Under the pieces are notes generated by a model that was not told where the DNA came from, searched no databases, and saw nothing but the letters and a program-made list of their open reading frames with translations. A stretch of 64,000 nt of DNA from positions 1-64,000 of the forward strand of contig NIVC01002439.1 in the NCBI GenBank assembly GCA_002269645.1, written 5' to 3'. Each line of letters begins with the position of its first letter. Within the stretch, counting starts at the first letter, position 1. Source of the DNA: Macrostomum lignano. Its lineage: Eukaryota. Positions 12,121 to 50,737 of this stretch are shown here, in pieces. Made by a program: the position numbers and the translations under genes.

Positions 12121-13783
12121 CTTTCACCCATTATGGCTATTATTCCAGTTCCACAGTTACTACCCAATTTAAATTGGCGTGAGACAGCGTAAGAGGTGGG
12201 TTACCTGTTGCTTAACATAGTAACTGCGTCATTATTACGAAAGTTCCTTGCTATTGTGATTCGGATCGAACCATCGGGTTTTATAGTGTTTCTATTGTTT
12301 CTATTGTTGTTTCTATTGCTATTGTTTGTTTCTAAATAGACACTTTCTATTGTTTATTTGTTTCTATTTCTACAATAGCACGAAACGCACGTGGCAGTAA
12401 AAACTCATGCCTGACGTGAACTCATGCGGTTTCATTATCCATATCCCTATCAATAATTTCCTGTCTCTGCTGCTCGAGTTCCTCGGAGCTCAAATCAAAT
12501 CATTTTTGCTCAAATAAGGCGGCGGACGGGATCCGGGATGTGAGTAAGCAGCAGCCGCAGACTTGGGACCTCGCTCTCGCGTGCGACCGGAGGGATAAAT
12601 GCCCCCCCCCCTGCCTAGTGGTTTTTTTCCCACCGCAAAGGATAGCAGTGACGCGCGGCCTTAGTCTGGGAGTAGGGCCGACTCTGCTTCCTTCATCTCG
12701 ATATGAGAAGACTCAGTCAAGGAGATCTTGAGCTAGAAGCTGGATGCCAGGAAAAACTCTCATTTCCACAAACCATAGAGCTGCCTAAATTTTCAGTCAG
12801 CCTATGGCCTATGTGTGTTAAAAACGCACGGCAACCCGCTCGCTGTGAATGTCTATGGCCAAAAGCCTTTGATTCAGTGCAAAGCCATCAGACTGCTGCA
12901 GGCATATCAAAACAGTCAGATGAAAGAGTAATCTTTGATGCTCTAGATAAACTTTGAATAGATTTTCTGTGTTTTATGAGCTGACTGCTGAAACCATTGA
13001 TCGTTCTGCCCATGGACCCTTCGCGCAAGGGTGGACACTTTTCAATATTGCTGAGTGTATAAAAGTTCTATATTCCCCTGCACAAGGGGACAACTAAAGC
13101 AACGTATATACAGGACGCGACACTCGCGTTTCATAGAAAAAGTTTTGAAGGCCACTTTTCGCCGAAAAATGCACTACGGAGATAGGAGTTTTCAAACGTT
13201 CACAAAACATAGACATAGACATTCTAGACACAAAACATTTTCCATAGATTTCGAGTGTTGCGTCCTTCTACTTTAGTAGTCCTTGATTCTGCATCGATTT
13301 GGGACATAACTAAAACTTGATCAGCCTAGTGGAACAATCTTTAGGCTATCTGGTGTGTGCAAACTGCATGTTGAGAAACCGATGACGATTTGGTGCTCCA
13401 AATTCTTGCTCTAGATCTCCTTGGCTCGAGTCCGTGTCTCCGCCTCCGCATCCGGTATTTCGCTTCGAGTCGTGAGTGCTGCAGCCACTGATTGGGGAGT
13501 TGGCAGCCAATGACTTTGATTCGAGGACACAGTGTCGGCGTGTGTAGGATGACGGCGCTGATATAATATCTATATAGCCTCAAGAGTTTCCTTTGCTCTA
13601 CGTTCGAGTAGACTTTTCTCGTCTCTTCTAACTAGTTCTGTCTCATCCTCTCTTTTCTTAAGCTTTGACTGCCTATAGCCAAGTTCTTTAAGTCCTACTT
13701 AGACCTGGGCTCCTCCACTATCTGCCCAAACAGCCTTCGCCTCAACCTAAGCAAAGGGCCTGGCAACGGGACTTCAGCGGTTC

Positions 13784-28017
<14,234 letters not shown>

Positions 28018-29617
28018 ATCTAGCTGTGTGCATTTAAGCATAATTCCATCTTTTTATTTTTGTTTTATTTTAACTTAACGACCCTAGCTATTACTGATAA
28101 GTGCGGAATTCAACAATAAATATATTTTGCGTCATCAGTCAGTCAATAAAAATAAAAATTTGATTTTGTTAAGTCGAAAACCTACGATAATTATAATTGC
28201 TATATAAAGCCATAAATGTCTACATGTAACATGTTGCAGTAATGCATATGTAGCTACGTGTGTGCTCCTAATTTGAAAATTCTTAAGACTACATATAGCT
28301 TTTGGTGTTAAAATTCGTACATGGACGCGAAAACTCATATCGTGAACATTTTCTGGCATCGTCCTTGCAAGTTGATAGTTTGTGTTGCATGCTAGGGTGT
28401 AATTCGAAATTTATTAGTTTTCGTACGCCATTCCCAGCGCCACTTTAAAAAGGACTTTACATTTAACTACATCAACTTTTTGCTTTGATCTTGTACTAGT
28501 CTTGCAAGATTTTTATGCTTAATTCAAACAGATAATACTGGATCATGCAGTTGACACGAGTTTTCTCAAATTCCTTTTTTCCTCGTGTGAAAAGAAAAAG
28601 TTAATCAAAGAACAAGTCTGCGACTGCGACACTTCAATTCGATTCGAAACGTGAATTGCACAATAAATAAGATTAACAAATCGTTGGCATTTATTGTTGT
28701 TTATGTCAATAAAGGAGGATATCTTAGCGTCGCTTTATTTTGCTTATTGTTTTCGTTTAATTTTTACACATTTGAAACCGATCATGTAGCGGTTGTTTTT
28801 ATAGACAACCGAAAATTTAACATCCAACAACTTGCTTCTTTTGGTTCTGTGCAAGTTGCCACTGCCAACGAAATCTGTTAATAAATAAAATAGCAGCATC
28901 TATGCGCGAAAAATATCTTAAAAATATTTTAAGAATAAGAGATAATATTAAAAAACATCTAAAGTATTTTTTCTTTAACATTTTAAGAAAGTATTATACT
29001 TTGTAACATTGTGTTGCATTGTGCTAGGTTCAAATTCCATCCTTTGATACTGTTTTATTATCTCTGTTTATTTTACATCACTTGCGTTTTTTGTTCAGAG
29101 TTTTGCCTCATTTTCTCAATAATTCTAAATCTACAACAACTTTTCGTATAGTCTGAAAGAATAGCAAGAAAGTTTTGTATAAAAAACTTCATGCTTTTTA
29201 TTCTACATGTTATGTTCTACTTTTCTTATGGAGCGAGCTAAAACCAGTTTTAAAATTCAAATTGAATTAATAATTAATAGTTAATGAGTTAATTAACTAA
29301 TTAACTAAATTAAATAATTATTAGTTAACAAATAGTTTAAAATAATTAATTGCTTCATGTCTTGAGTTAGTTATTAATAATTTTCATAGCTTAGCTAAGA
29401 CTTTTTTCTTACTTTTAGTTCGACGAATAAGCGTGGGTTTTTGTCGATAGTCAGAATTAACTCTACATAACTTAAAAATAACAAGTTTATATACATAGCG
29501 GAAACATAAAACTCTTAGCACTAGTTCATCCACAGTTAGAATTTGTATGCTGTATCTCTAGGACCTAGGTTTAATTTAGGTTAATGAATTCCCGACTTCA
29601 GGAGGCCAGGAGGCTGC

Positions 29618-40222
<10,605 letters not shown>

Positions 40223-40775
40223 TCGATAGTCGTTATTATTAATTTGTGATATATAAACAATTAGGATGTCGTAACTAAAGACATTGTTTGTTTTGCTTTT
40301 GTGCTACTGCGCTCGTATCTCAACTATTATTTTTGTGATTAAATTGCTTTAATTTCCATGGCATTTTTTCTGATTATCTGGATAAATTGTGGTATTTTTG
40401 TCCTAAATTTTATCGCTCAATTTTTTTACATGTCTTTTCGCACAAATATATTACACATTTATACAGTAGATCAGCGATTAAAAATGTTCCTTTAGAATAG
40501 AGTGCAGATACTAGAATATTGTTCTTACGACGGTAGTATTTGTGGAATAGATGAGCAAATCTACTTGTTTGTTAGATTAAAAATTCCATGGCTATATAAT
40601 ATATTTAATAAATTGAACTGCAAATAATGTTTAAAAAATTCAGTAAAACTGTAAAAGTTTAAAGCGACGAAAAATTCACTATTCAATAAAAATAATTAGT
40701 CTTTCTTATTGCACTTGTAGTATGGGATACAGTTTAATTTTGAATATCGTGCGCATGCACATGCACAGTCGCTTT

Positions 40776-41387
40776 CGGACATTTGCCCTCCGGCACTTCC
40801 CCTCCGGCACTTCCCCTCCGGCACTTGCCCTCCGGCACTTCCCCTCGGCGGCGTTTGCCCTCCGGACATTTGCCCTCCGGGACATTTCCCCTCCGGACAT
40901 TTGCCCTCCGGACATTTCCCCTCGGGGACATTTGCCCTCGGGGACATTTGCCCTCCGGACATTTGCCCTCCGGACATTTGCCCTCCGGACATTTCCCCTC
41001 CGCACATTTGCCCTCTGCAAATTTACCCCCTCGCACATTACTCACCTCACCTCCTCCTGTACCCACCCGTCGTTCCTCCAGCACCAACCTCATCCTCCCG
41101 CCTCTTGCATCCATCAGGTTCTTCTCCAGCCAACAACTCATCCTTTTCTAGTAAGCAATATATACCCGCGCCCTACCCTATCCCCAGCCTTACCTGTACT
41201 TTTCCAGAGGGGAAATGTCCGGAGGGCAAATGTCCGGAGGGCAAATGTCCCCGAGGGCAAATGTCCCCGAGGGCAAATGTCCGGAGGGCAAATGTCCGGA
41301 GGGCAAATGTCCCCGAGGGCAAATGTCCGGAGGGGAAATGCCGGAGGGCAAATGTCCGGAGGGCAAATGCCGGAGGGCAAATGTCCG
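40776..41387. mobile_element. Foldback-type element: two inverted arrays of a 14-16-bp unit (CGGACATTTGCCCTC) around a spacer of about 200 bp
   Basis: 40776-41010 reads GGACATTTGCCCTCC; 41205-41387 reads GGAGGGCAAATGTCC; TSD not identified. Confidence 0.75.
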
Positions 41388-41539
41388 GTAGCCTGCACAG
41401 TTTGTGGGAAAAAGCATGGTAGACAAAGTGAGTCGGCTAACTGAAAAGTACGAGGCTGAATTGCAAAACAGAAAGTACAAATATTTGGAGGATGGAAATC
41501 CGATACATGTACTGTACATGTACATGCACTGCACAGAGA

Positions 41540-41736
41540 TGCCACCCGTGTCACAACGATAAAGCGGTAAACTATACGTACGTGTGCATCGTGGCATACA
41601 AAGCTACAGCCTACGCGTATAGTCGTAGCTTTGCGGGTAGTTTGCCGCTTTCAATACGACTATATGCGTAGGCTGTAGCTTTGTAAGCCACGATGCGCAC
41701 GTAGTTTACCGCTTTATCGATGTGACACGGGTGGCA
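41540..41736. mobile_element. Near-perfect 197-bp palindrome (MITE-like)
   Basis: TGCCACCCGTGTCAC...GTATAGTCGTA mirrors TACGACTATA...GTGACACGGGTGGCA around a loop of about 27 nt. Confidence 0.75.
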
Positions 41737-44696
41737 CCAGATGCACATGTAACGAGGAATTATTGGAAAATTAAATAAATGTGTATTTAACTTTTGTCAA
41801 GAAAAATGAAATTATTATTTTTAAGCCATGTGAGTGTATTATATGTAATTATCGCAGTGCCAGTATAACGTCAGCAGTGAGAATTCCACTTAACGAAACA
41901 TATATATTAGCTCACGTAGGTATAAAAATGCAACTATAAAGATATATTGCATGCTTTAATTACCCGTCTATGTAAGTTAAATCCTTAGAGTTTATAAACT
42001 GTCCTTTGTTAAGTACATTCAGAGCAACAGGTCGCGATTACTAAACTGAAGGCTCATTCGTTTGGAGCGCGTACAGGGCCAATTATTGCGAAATTGGTCC
42101 CGCGTCACGCCTATTTTTAAAAGCCAAAATACTTAATTGGAAAATAAAACAAGCTGCAATTGAGGATTTTAATAAATTAGAATTTTTTATCACAGAAACA
42201 AAATTTACATTTAGAGCATCCTAAAATTAAAATGTAGTCTATAATTGTTTTAACCGTAATAGTTTAAAATTGTTCGGTATTGTATTGATCAATATACAAA
42301 CAATGTTTAAAAATCCACGCTCTGGCGTTTTCTGGACCAGAGCCTTCGTATCGTATTTTCACCTCTTTGGTCAAATTTTATATCACAAAGTAAGGCGCCG
42401 CCAGCGTATTTATTTATTGTTAGTTTATAGGCCTATTGCCCACAATGATTTCACTTTACAAGCTGCCAATAAAATTTCATTCTCATAGCTATTATTCATT
42501 TATTAAAAACGTGGGTTTCTATGTTTTTAGTTTGACGTTTGGCATTTGCCTTATAATTTGGAAGTCCGAGTAGGCCTATTTACTTTACTTATGTTACATC
42601 TGATTAAGATGAAATCTTAACAATCCCTTTTGTTATTCTAGGTAAGAAGCAGAAATTTGCAATAAGGGCCTTAGTTAAATACAGTAGGCATAGAAACTAG
42701 GGCCTAGGCCTGATATCAACTAGGCCAAGCCAAGCCCCAATGTTTTTACCAGCCAGCCATCATTGGCATCAGTATTATCTTTTCAAACAAATAAGTAAAT
42801 AGTAAATATGTGTGCTAGTCATATAAAAGCAAAATTATGCTATGTATTTTAGTATTGATAAGCTTTATATATTAAGACTTAATTGACAATTATAATGCAT
42901 GGACAAGTAGCTCTAGCAAATATTCTAAGATTACTTGATTTATTTTGAAAATCATTCTAGATATAGGTCATTTTCAGACAGGATGATCTGTCTGAAAATG
43001 TGTTGGCAAAAGTTAACTGTTACAACACTTTTTGTGACATTTTAAGTGTCATAAAAAAGTGTTGGAAGATCTATCTAAAAATGTGTCAGCAAAAGTTATA
43101 TAGGTGATTTTTGTAAGTTTCCAAAACCAAATCCAAATATACAAAAGTTCCAAACCTAGATCCAATTATCTGAATAGGTTTCCAAATACAAGTAAAAAGG
43201 AAATGGTAAAAGTAACTATGACACTTTTAAGTAACAAAAATGCTTTGTCATCTTCAAGTGAAATTGTAAGAAAAAACTTCGTAAAAAGTAAACAAGTTTG
43301 AATTGAACTTAATTCTTCTATAATTAATCTAGCTAATTCCCCATAGTCAAGAATGTAGCCTTTTTCATGGAAAATTCTCGCACAAAAAAGGAGGGTTAGA
43401 TGTATGCCACACCAGTGCATTCTGGTATAACAGCAGACAAAGAAGATAAATCTAGCGCAGTATGGTGCAAGACCAAAAATTTGGCATAATTTGGGTGTAA
43501 GACAAAAGTTTCTGACAAGACAATATTTTTTTTATAGAAAATTAGCACATAATTCCTTTTATTAGCACTTTTTATTTGCCACAAATTGCTGGTATATTGA
43601 TAGCTTTTTAATTAATTTACATTAACATTGTATGTTAATACAATGAAGTATCAAGTAACAAGTAACAATCAAGTATGAAATAGATTCAAAAACAACTATT
43701 TGAATATAAACAAATTTTTTTTTTGATTTTTTAGTTTATTTTAAAGTTGCTATATACAGTATGAGCAATTTTTTTTGATAGGATCTGTTTTGGTATAGGT
43801 GTGCTATAATCCTGACTATGGGCTAATTTTAAATACTAATATTGACTGACATTATATTTGTGCAAGTTAAAAACTTTACCATAATTCCATGCATTTGCAT
43901 TTTTAAAAAACCCAATTAATGATTACACTTAAACAATGATTGCAGTGGTGTGATTCAGGTGCAAATTTGTGCCAGGTACTTATTTTCTTGTCAAACAGTA
44001 CAAAATACAAGAATGTCATAGCTTAGAAGATTAATCTAACTGCTGCTTCACGAGTTGACGGTGGCCACCAAGAGCAAGGACGCCGAGATTGAAGAACTGA
44101 GGCGTCAGCAGCAGAATGTGCAGAAGAAGAAGCAGAAGGAGGCAGAGAAGCTAGCTGAGCTCATCTTGAAGTGCAAGGCTGCTGAGCTGCTGTCAACGTT
44201 ATCAATCTCCAGCACAAGCAGTCGTCTGCCTGCAGACATCACCAATAAAAAGTTCAGGCTGGACATGGCTGGGACTTGAGAGACATGCTTATTGGTAGCC
44301 AGACGCATCTTCAAGTGTCATCAATTGACTTATTTGGCTGTCAGTAGAATATTATTGGCATGGTGCAAAAAATTTCAGTTGGCGCAAAATTTGGCAAACT
44401 TTCCAATCACACCACTAAATGATTGCCAAAAATGATTTTACAACTTTAGGTTCAATGCCTCAGAGGTCTTAAAATAATAACTTTAATTGATACAACTTTC
44501 TTTTAATATAAGCCTATATTTACTACAAAAATTAATTATTACAAAAATGATGTAAAATGTTTGTATTTATATTTTTTATTATATTCTCTTATATCAAAAG
44601 TTTTTTTCTTTTACAGTTGAATATATATAAAGTTTTTAATTTTTTTCAGAAGCACATTTAGAAATATTCAGAAAATAATATTTCTGAATCTAAAAC

Positions 44697-44875
44697 CAGG
44701 GACTACTCAAACACCAGGACGGGAAACTAGGATTTTTTACAAGGCTGGTCTATCATCAGCAGTAGAAAATAACCATAGACAACAAAGTAACACAGCATCT
44801 CTCTAATGAAAATAATTGCCAGCCAGCCTCATAAAAAAATTTTAGTTTCCCGTCCCGGTGTTTGAGTAGTCCCTG
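44697..44875. mobile_element. hAT-type MITE (179 bp)
   Basis: TIRs CAGGGACTACTCAAACACC.GGACGGGAAACTA; 8-bp TSD TCTAAAAC at 44689-44696 and 44876-44883. Confidence 0.9.
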
Positions 44876-45009
44876 TCTAAAACATTTATATTTCTAAAAA
44901 AACTAAGACATTTTTGGCTTCAAATCCAAATTGAATTGAATTTGAACTTAAGGCAGTCTGTTAGTAATGCAAATAAAAATTTATTAAAAAGGATAATAAA
45001 TTTTAGAAG

Positions 45010-45830
45010 ATAAAGACCTAAAAAAGAACCATACTCTAGATCATATAGTATAGCATAGGTCTATATTATATGCCTTGCATGCCTAAAATTAATAGTGTAT
45101 AGTTGGTGTGCATGATTCCTAAAAGTTGTATGCATGTATATTTGGTATGCACTTCATAGATTCACATAAAATAGTTGGTGTTAAGTAGAAAAAAGAATAA
45201 AATATTCATATTTTTGATAGTTAAATATATTTTTCAAGCTTTTTGGCTTTTAAGCTCATTAATAAAGTATTTAAACAAATGTTTGTGCATATAGATTTAT
45301 TGCTATAAATGGTATATACAAGGAAGATAAATAATCAACCAAATTATTTGCCCAAAAAGGTCTTTTCTACTATGCAAAAAGGTCATTTATAGTTGCAATC
45401 CAAAAAGGTCATTTATTGTTGCAACACTAGCCTAGATTTAAGAGTCTTAGATTTAAGACTTTGCTTAAGGGAAAAAGGCAACTACCACACTCTAGATCAT
45501 GTAGTATAAGGCCTATGCCTAAAAATTTAGGTATGCATTGGCCTTGTATGCCAAAAGTTAGGCATGTATAGTTGGCATGCATTATTTCTAAGAAAATAGT
45601 GTATGCACGCCTGATGTGCACTTTATAGAATCACGTGAAAGAGTCTTGTGTTAACTGGAAAAAAAAGATTTTAAAGTTTATTTTTAAGCATAAAAATCAA
45701 GCTTTATGGTTTTTAAGGTTGTAATAAAGCATTTAAACAAATGTTTATGTATATTGATTTTTAGCTATAAATATAAGCCAAAAAGGGTCCTTTATGAAAC
45801 ATAAAAAGGTCATTCATTGCTGTAACACTT
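45010..45830. repeat. Diverged tandem duplication of an AT-rich segment of about 420 bp
   Basis: CTCTAGATCAT.TAGTATA, GCATGTATA.TTGG.ATGCA, ATTTAAACAAATGTTT.TG.ATAT.GATTT and AAAAAGGTCATT each recur once, in order. Confidence 0.7.
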
Positions 45831-45839
45831 ATGTTTGGA

Positions 45840-45990
45840 CGCAACTTAGGGATTCACTTGGCCATTTCTATTGGCAACCCACGCATGTAAATTGGATAGA
45901 ATAGTAGACACGTGACTACTGTTGGCCAATAGCAACTTACATGTGTGTGTTGCGAATAGAAATGGCCAAGTGATTCCCAAGGTGTTGCGC
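45840..45990. mobile_element. Palindromic MITE of about 150-160 bp centred on CACGTGAC; second copy at 49607-49765
   Basis: GCAAC.TAGGGATTCAC...GTGATTCCCAAGG..TTGCGC arms in both copies. Confidence 0.75.
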
Positions 45991-47330
45991 ATATATGGCA
46001 ACACTAGACTTTTGGAAGCACAAAAATGTCTATAGAAAAATTGTCTACTAAGATTTGACTGTACAAGAGATTTGCCTGCAATGAATTTTGCTATAGATAT
46101 TTGCATGTCAAGATTTTCCAGCAAGCAAATTAGCTGCTGAATTTTTTCTTGCTGAGGTTTGTCTACAATGCTTTTTTCCTACAGCATATTTAGCCACATA
46201 GAAGATTTTGTCTACATTGCCTCCCCAATGCTTAGTAAGTTTTAATAAAGAGATTTATCCAATCAAAATGTTTTCATTGTAACTGCATATCAAATGCATA
46301 TTTGGGGGGGGGGGGTTACTTGTAGGCAAATTTCACTTGAAGCAAATTGCATTTTGGGTAAATCTTGACAGGCAAATCTCCATGGGCAGAAGTGTAGGTA
46401 TGCGTTCAAAATTTTTTATTATAATTCTTAGCTAAATAAATAAATATATAACATAAGCAGCTATTGCATATAGTATAGATAATATAAAATGTGTTTATAC
46501 TTTACCAAACTATATCCATATACAAAAAATGGTTTGTTGTAAATTACTAAATTAGAAATTTTTCAGTTTTTGTTTCATACATGCGCAACCTCCAAAAGTT
46601 GGTTGGCCATGCGACTTAGTTTTAACAAAAATATAACTTACCTGTGAAAGAATTAACCATAAAGCAAAATTAATGCAATTTCGGGTAAACGGTAAGAGTC
46701 GCTATAACTGTCATATTAGGGCTAAATGCCTTGTCATCTAGTTAGTACTATGTCCATATTCTCTGGGGTAGGCATTTTTGCAACTTGCTTTGGTTGGCTA
46801 CCAAATCGGACTTGTTTTTCCAAATGTCAATGAAATGTAAGTCACATTTAAAAATAGTTCATGTATGGTATGCAGACTATCATTTCCCAAAAAAATCTGA
46901 TGCACACTGCCACCTTAACTTAACTATAGAAAGTAGGATAAGATCTTAATCCTGATACCATTCTTTATTCTATCTTTATATTGTTATAAACACAATTTTA
47001 GGATTTTAGGATATAGTAGGATACTAATATTAACTCTATACTCCTGATTGTATGATTCACTTTTTAAATTTTATCTTCTACTAATGAGATTTTCATAGTG
47101 TATCCAAATATTCTTGATTACTAGATTTTGGTGTATGCTTTTTGGTATCTTACCCCCTAAGTTAGTTTGAGTATGTAGTTTCACAAGATCAAACCATTTT
47201 TATAGTTAAACTCTTTAATCTGTTTCTTACTCTTTAAGTGGTAGGAGCATGCCTTGTACAATTTTAATTTGATGATTTGGCAATTTTTTTAATTCTACAT
47301 TTGTTCATGACTTGCAAATTTAGCATCGCC

Positions 47331-48611
47331 ATGTCTTTGTCAAAAACAATGGCTTGCAACATTTCTCGTCGTATGTACTCAGCAGTGCAGAGCACAACTC
47401 AAGTGCCTCAGCAGGCTGCAACTGAAAAAACTGCAGATCCGCTGACTGACAGGTTCAAGCGACGACACACATACTTACGCATCTCGCTTGCCGAAAAGTG
47501 TAACTTGCGATGTAAGTGATTCTCTTTGCTTCTTGCTTCTTTTTTCCTTTTGCCCACAATGCATTTTAAAGAAATTCATGCGTATCTATATAATTGCAGG
47601 CCAGTACTGCATGCCGGCCGAAGGTGTCTCGCTAACACCATCTAAGTCACTACTGACTAGCACTGAGATTTCCCGTCTAGCGCGCGCATTCGTTAGCTGG
47701 GGTGTGCGCAAGGTGCGCCTCACTGGCGGCGAGCCGCTCCTGCGCGCCGACCTATTGGACATTGTTGCCGGATTGAATGAGCTAAGGTCGCAGGGCCTGC
47801 AGTCAATCGGCATAACAACTAATGGCATTTTGCTCCAGCGCCAGGCCCGGGCGCTCCGACAGGCCGGCTTAGATGCCTTGAACGTCAGCTGCGACACCTT
47901 GGTCCCCGGCAAGTTCGAGTTGGTCACTAGGCGGCGCGGCTGGGACCGCGTCTGGTCAGGCGTGCGGCACGCTCTCGACAGCGGCTTTCCCATTGTGAAG
48001 ATCAACTGCGTTGCTATGCGCGGCTTTAACGATGATGAATTAGTTGATTTTGTCCGTCTCACTCTGGACCATGCCTACGATGTACGCTTCATTGAGTACA
48101 TGCCATTCGATGGCAACCGGTGGAGCACCAGGAAGATGCTGCCCTACGCTGAAATGCTGGACAGAATTCGTGTTGAATTTCCTAACATCGAGCGCCTGCC
48201 AGACGAGCCCAACCACGTGTCCAAAGCGTGGAAAGTGCCCGGCGCTAGGGGCCGTGTCGGCTTCATCTCTAGCATGACGCAGCATTTTTGCGCAGTGTGC
48301 AACAGGGTTCGAGTCACGGCCGATGGCAATTTTAAAGTGTGCCTCCACGGCGGCAGCGAAGTCAGTCTGCGTGACGCGATACGGTCCGGCGCCACTGACG
48401 ATGAGCTGAAGCAGATCGTGTCCGATTCTCTGCAGCGTAAGAAAGCTCAGCATGCCGGTAAGTAAATCTGTTCTTTATGTTGCTTTCAATTTAGCACTAC
48501 TTTAAGTAGTTCGTGCTGCACCATATTAGTCGACTATCTTGAAAACAAATTTTAGGAATGGAGACTCTGTCCAAACTCAAGAACCGACCAATGATTCTTA
48601 TTGGTGGCTGA
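47331..48611 (+). CDS. MOCS1: GTP 3',8-cyclase MOCS1A (MoaA radical SAM); exons 47331-47511, 47600-48457, 48556-48611
   Basis: YLRISLAEKCNLRCQYC (CxxxCxxC), RLTGGEPL, TTNG, NVS.DTL, KINCV, RFIEYMPF, FCAVCNRVR...KVCL, C-terminal NRPMILIGG*; exon phases join. Confidence 0.97.
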
Positions 48612-49606
48612 TATCCATCTTTGAACTTATTGAAAGATTTTTAAATAAATCGTGCTACTACCCAGATTCAACCGTCCATTCCAATTTTGCTATTTTCCCT
48701 AGACCGCCTTGCGTAAACATCTTTGAGTTCTATTACAAGATGTGTATTTTATACTGCGATGCAGATTGTACAGTTCTACTATAGCATGTCATTAACAGGC
48801 CTCAATTCTCTGTTAAACACCAATTTTTTATACGAACAACCGACGAAAGCAGATAATCACGTCTTTCTTATAAAATACTTTGTTATGAATATAGTTTCCT
48901 GTTCTATTCAAATTGCCTGTTTCAAATCGAACAAAGCATACACATCTGGGCTCTAATAACAAAAACAATATTTATCACTCTGCATGACAGGCTGGTTACT
49001 TTGCGCCTTTTATACAGTAAATTTACCTTTAGAGCTTGATTTATATCGTATCAGTGATTTGTAGCTATTTATTATATATTTGATTGTCTTTAACAATTAC
49101 CATATTAATTAGACATATTTATTTACCTTTTTTACACTCTTCCCTGCGAAATTTTTGTCGCTAGTGCTATTAGATTAGCTCGATTTTAAAGTTCTTATTA
49201 ATTATTCTTCTATCAGTAGCATATCTCTGCAATTCGTTTTGACTTCTTCTTTCTCCGATTTTATGCTACTCAAATATTGGTTTCTGCCTGTTATGTAGAT
49301 TTTATCAAGGATCGCTGCAGTACAATATAAAAGGCACAATACTCAAAGATCGTGTAATTTATTGAAGGCCAATTTCCTGGAATAAATACACTGCGGAGAT
49401 AAGATAAAATCATTTTTTATATAGTTGTGTAGTGAAAGTTTCATGTTGTTTTTTTATTTCATAAGCCCATAGTTGTATGCACTAACTGCGTGTGCATGTG
49501 TGTAGGAAGTAATATGCATTAAATGCATTAAACTGGAATTGTACCTGCAATTATTTCTTATGAGCACCTGCATTCAAACATTTTTTACAAATATACTCAT
49601 GCTTGG

Positions 49607-49765
49607 GCGCAACCTAGGGATTCACCCGGCCTTTTCTATTGTCAACACTGCACACATGGAAGTCGCTATTGGACGGAATAGTAGTCACGTGACTGCTCTC
49701 AGCCATTAGCGACTTACATGTGTGTGTTGCCAATAGAAACGGCCGAGTGATTCCCAAGGTTGCGC
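49607..49765. mobile_element. Palindromic MITE copy 2, nested within a wider inverted repeat (about 49425-49480 / 49812-49870)
   Basis: Inner arms as at 45840; outer ATTTCATAAGCCCATAGTTGTA vs TACAACTTTGGGCTTATGAAAT. Confidence 0.7.
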
Positions 49766-50302
49766 ATGTATGATTATATACTTGATTCAAGATCACTTGT
49801 GAGTAGCTGGTGTTACAACTTTGGGCTTATGAAATGAAAAGAAAAATAATACGAGAATGAAACTGTACTGTACAACTATTTAAATAAAACAGTAACATGT
49901 AAAGCATGTTAAATTAAACAAATTGTAATCTTCACTGACCCAGATCAAATGCAATCATTTTGTGATGAAAGAATAATTGCTTTCTGTCTCCGCAGTGTAT
50001 TTTTTCAGGAAATTGGCCTCCAAAATGACACGATCTTTGACTTGTAGGTTGCAGGTCATGTTATTCTACAGTGGTTGGATTTTATTCAGACTAATTAAAT
50101 AAATGATCAGAATATTTCTTCACTATAGTTACCAGCATATTTGTTTTTCTGTGTCAAGATTATTTAGTTCCGCGTAGAAACAACGTTTTTTTAATTTGTG
50201 TTTGCTCAAAAATTTTATGCGTGAAATTTCACTACCGATTTCAGAGAAGTTGTTGAGCCAGACAAATCCCACCCTACATCAAATTCCGACATAATTTCAA
50301 CA

Positions 50303-50737
50303 ATGGGCGATTGCTACAACTGCGGCAAGCCGGGACATTTCTCGCGCGAGTGCCCCCAGGGAGGCGGCGGCGGCGGTCGCGGTGGCCGCGGCGGCGGCGG
50401 TGGCGGTGGCGGCTCGTGCTACAACTGCGGTCAGCCCGGCCACTTAGCCAGGGACTGTCCTGATGGTGGCAGCCGCGATGGCGGCCGCGGGGGCGGTTTT
50501 GGAGGCGGCCGCGGGGGTGGCTTCGGAGGTGGCCGCGGCGGTGGCTTCGGAGGTGGCGGCTACGGCGGCGGCCGGGGTGGCGGCTTCGGTGGCGGTGGTG
50601 GCGGCGGCGGCAGTCGCTGCTACCGTTGCAACGAGGTCGGCCATATGGCGCGCGACTGCAGCCAGCCGCAGGCCGAGATGACCTGCTACCGCTGCAACAA
50701 GCCCGGTCACATGGCCCGCGACTGCCAGGAGGCTTGA
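50303..50737 (+). CDS. CNBP-like protein, 4 CCHC knuckles with RGG/GGFGG repeats, copy 1 (144 aa)
   Basis: Four CX2CX4HX4C motifs; intronless CDS; AATAAA near 50984. Confidence 0.92.
   Translation: MGDCYNCGKPGHFSRECPQGGGGGGRGGRGGGGGGGGSCYNCGQPGHLARDCPDGGSRDGGRGGGFGGGRGGGFGGGRGGGFGGGGYGGGRGGGFGGGGGGGGSRCYRCNEVGHMARDCSQPQAEMTCYRCNKPGHMARDCQEA

Noticed and set aside
42900-43600. Minus-strand ORFs as a gene or transposase
   Set aside because: AT-rich, short, no motif that can be named with support
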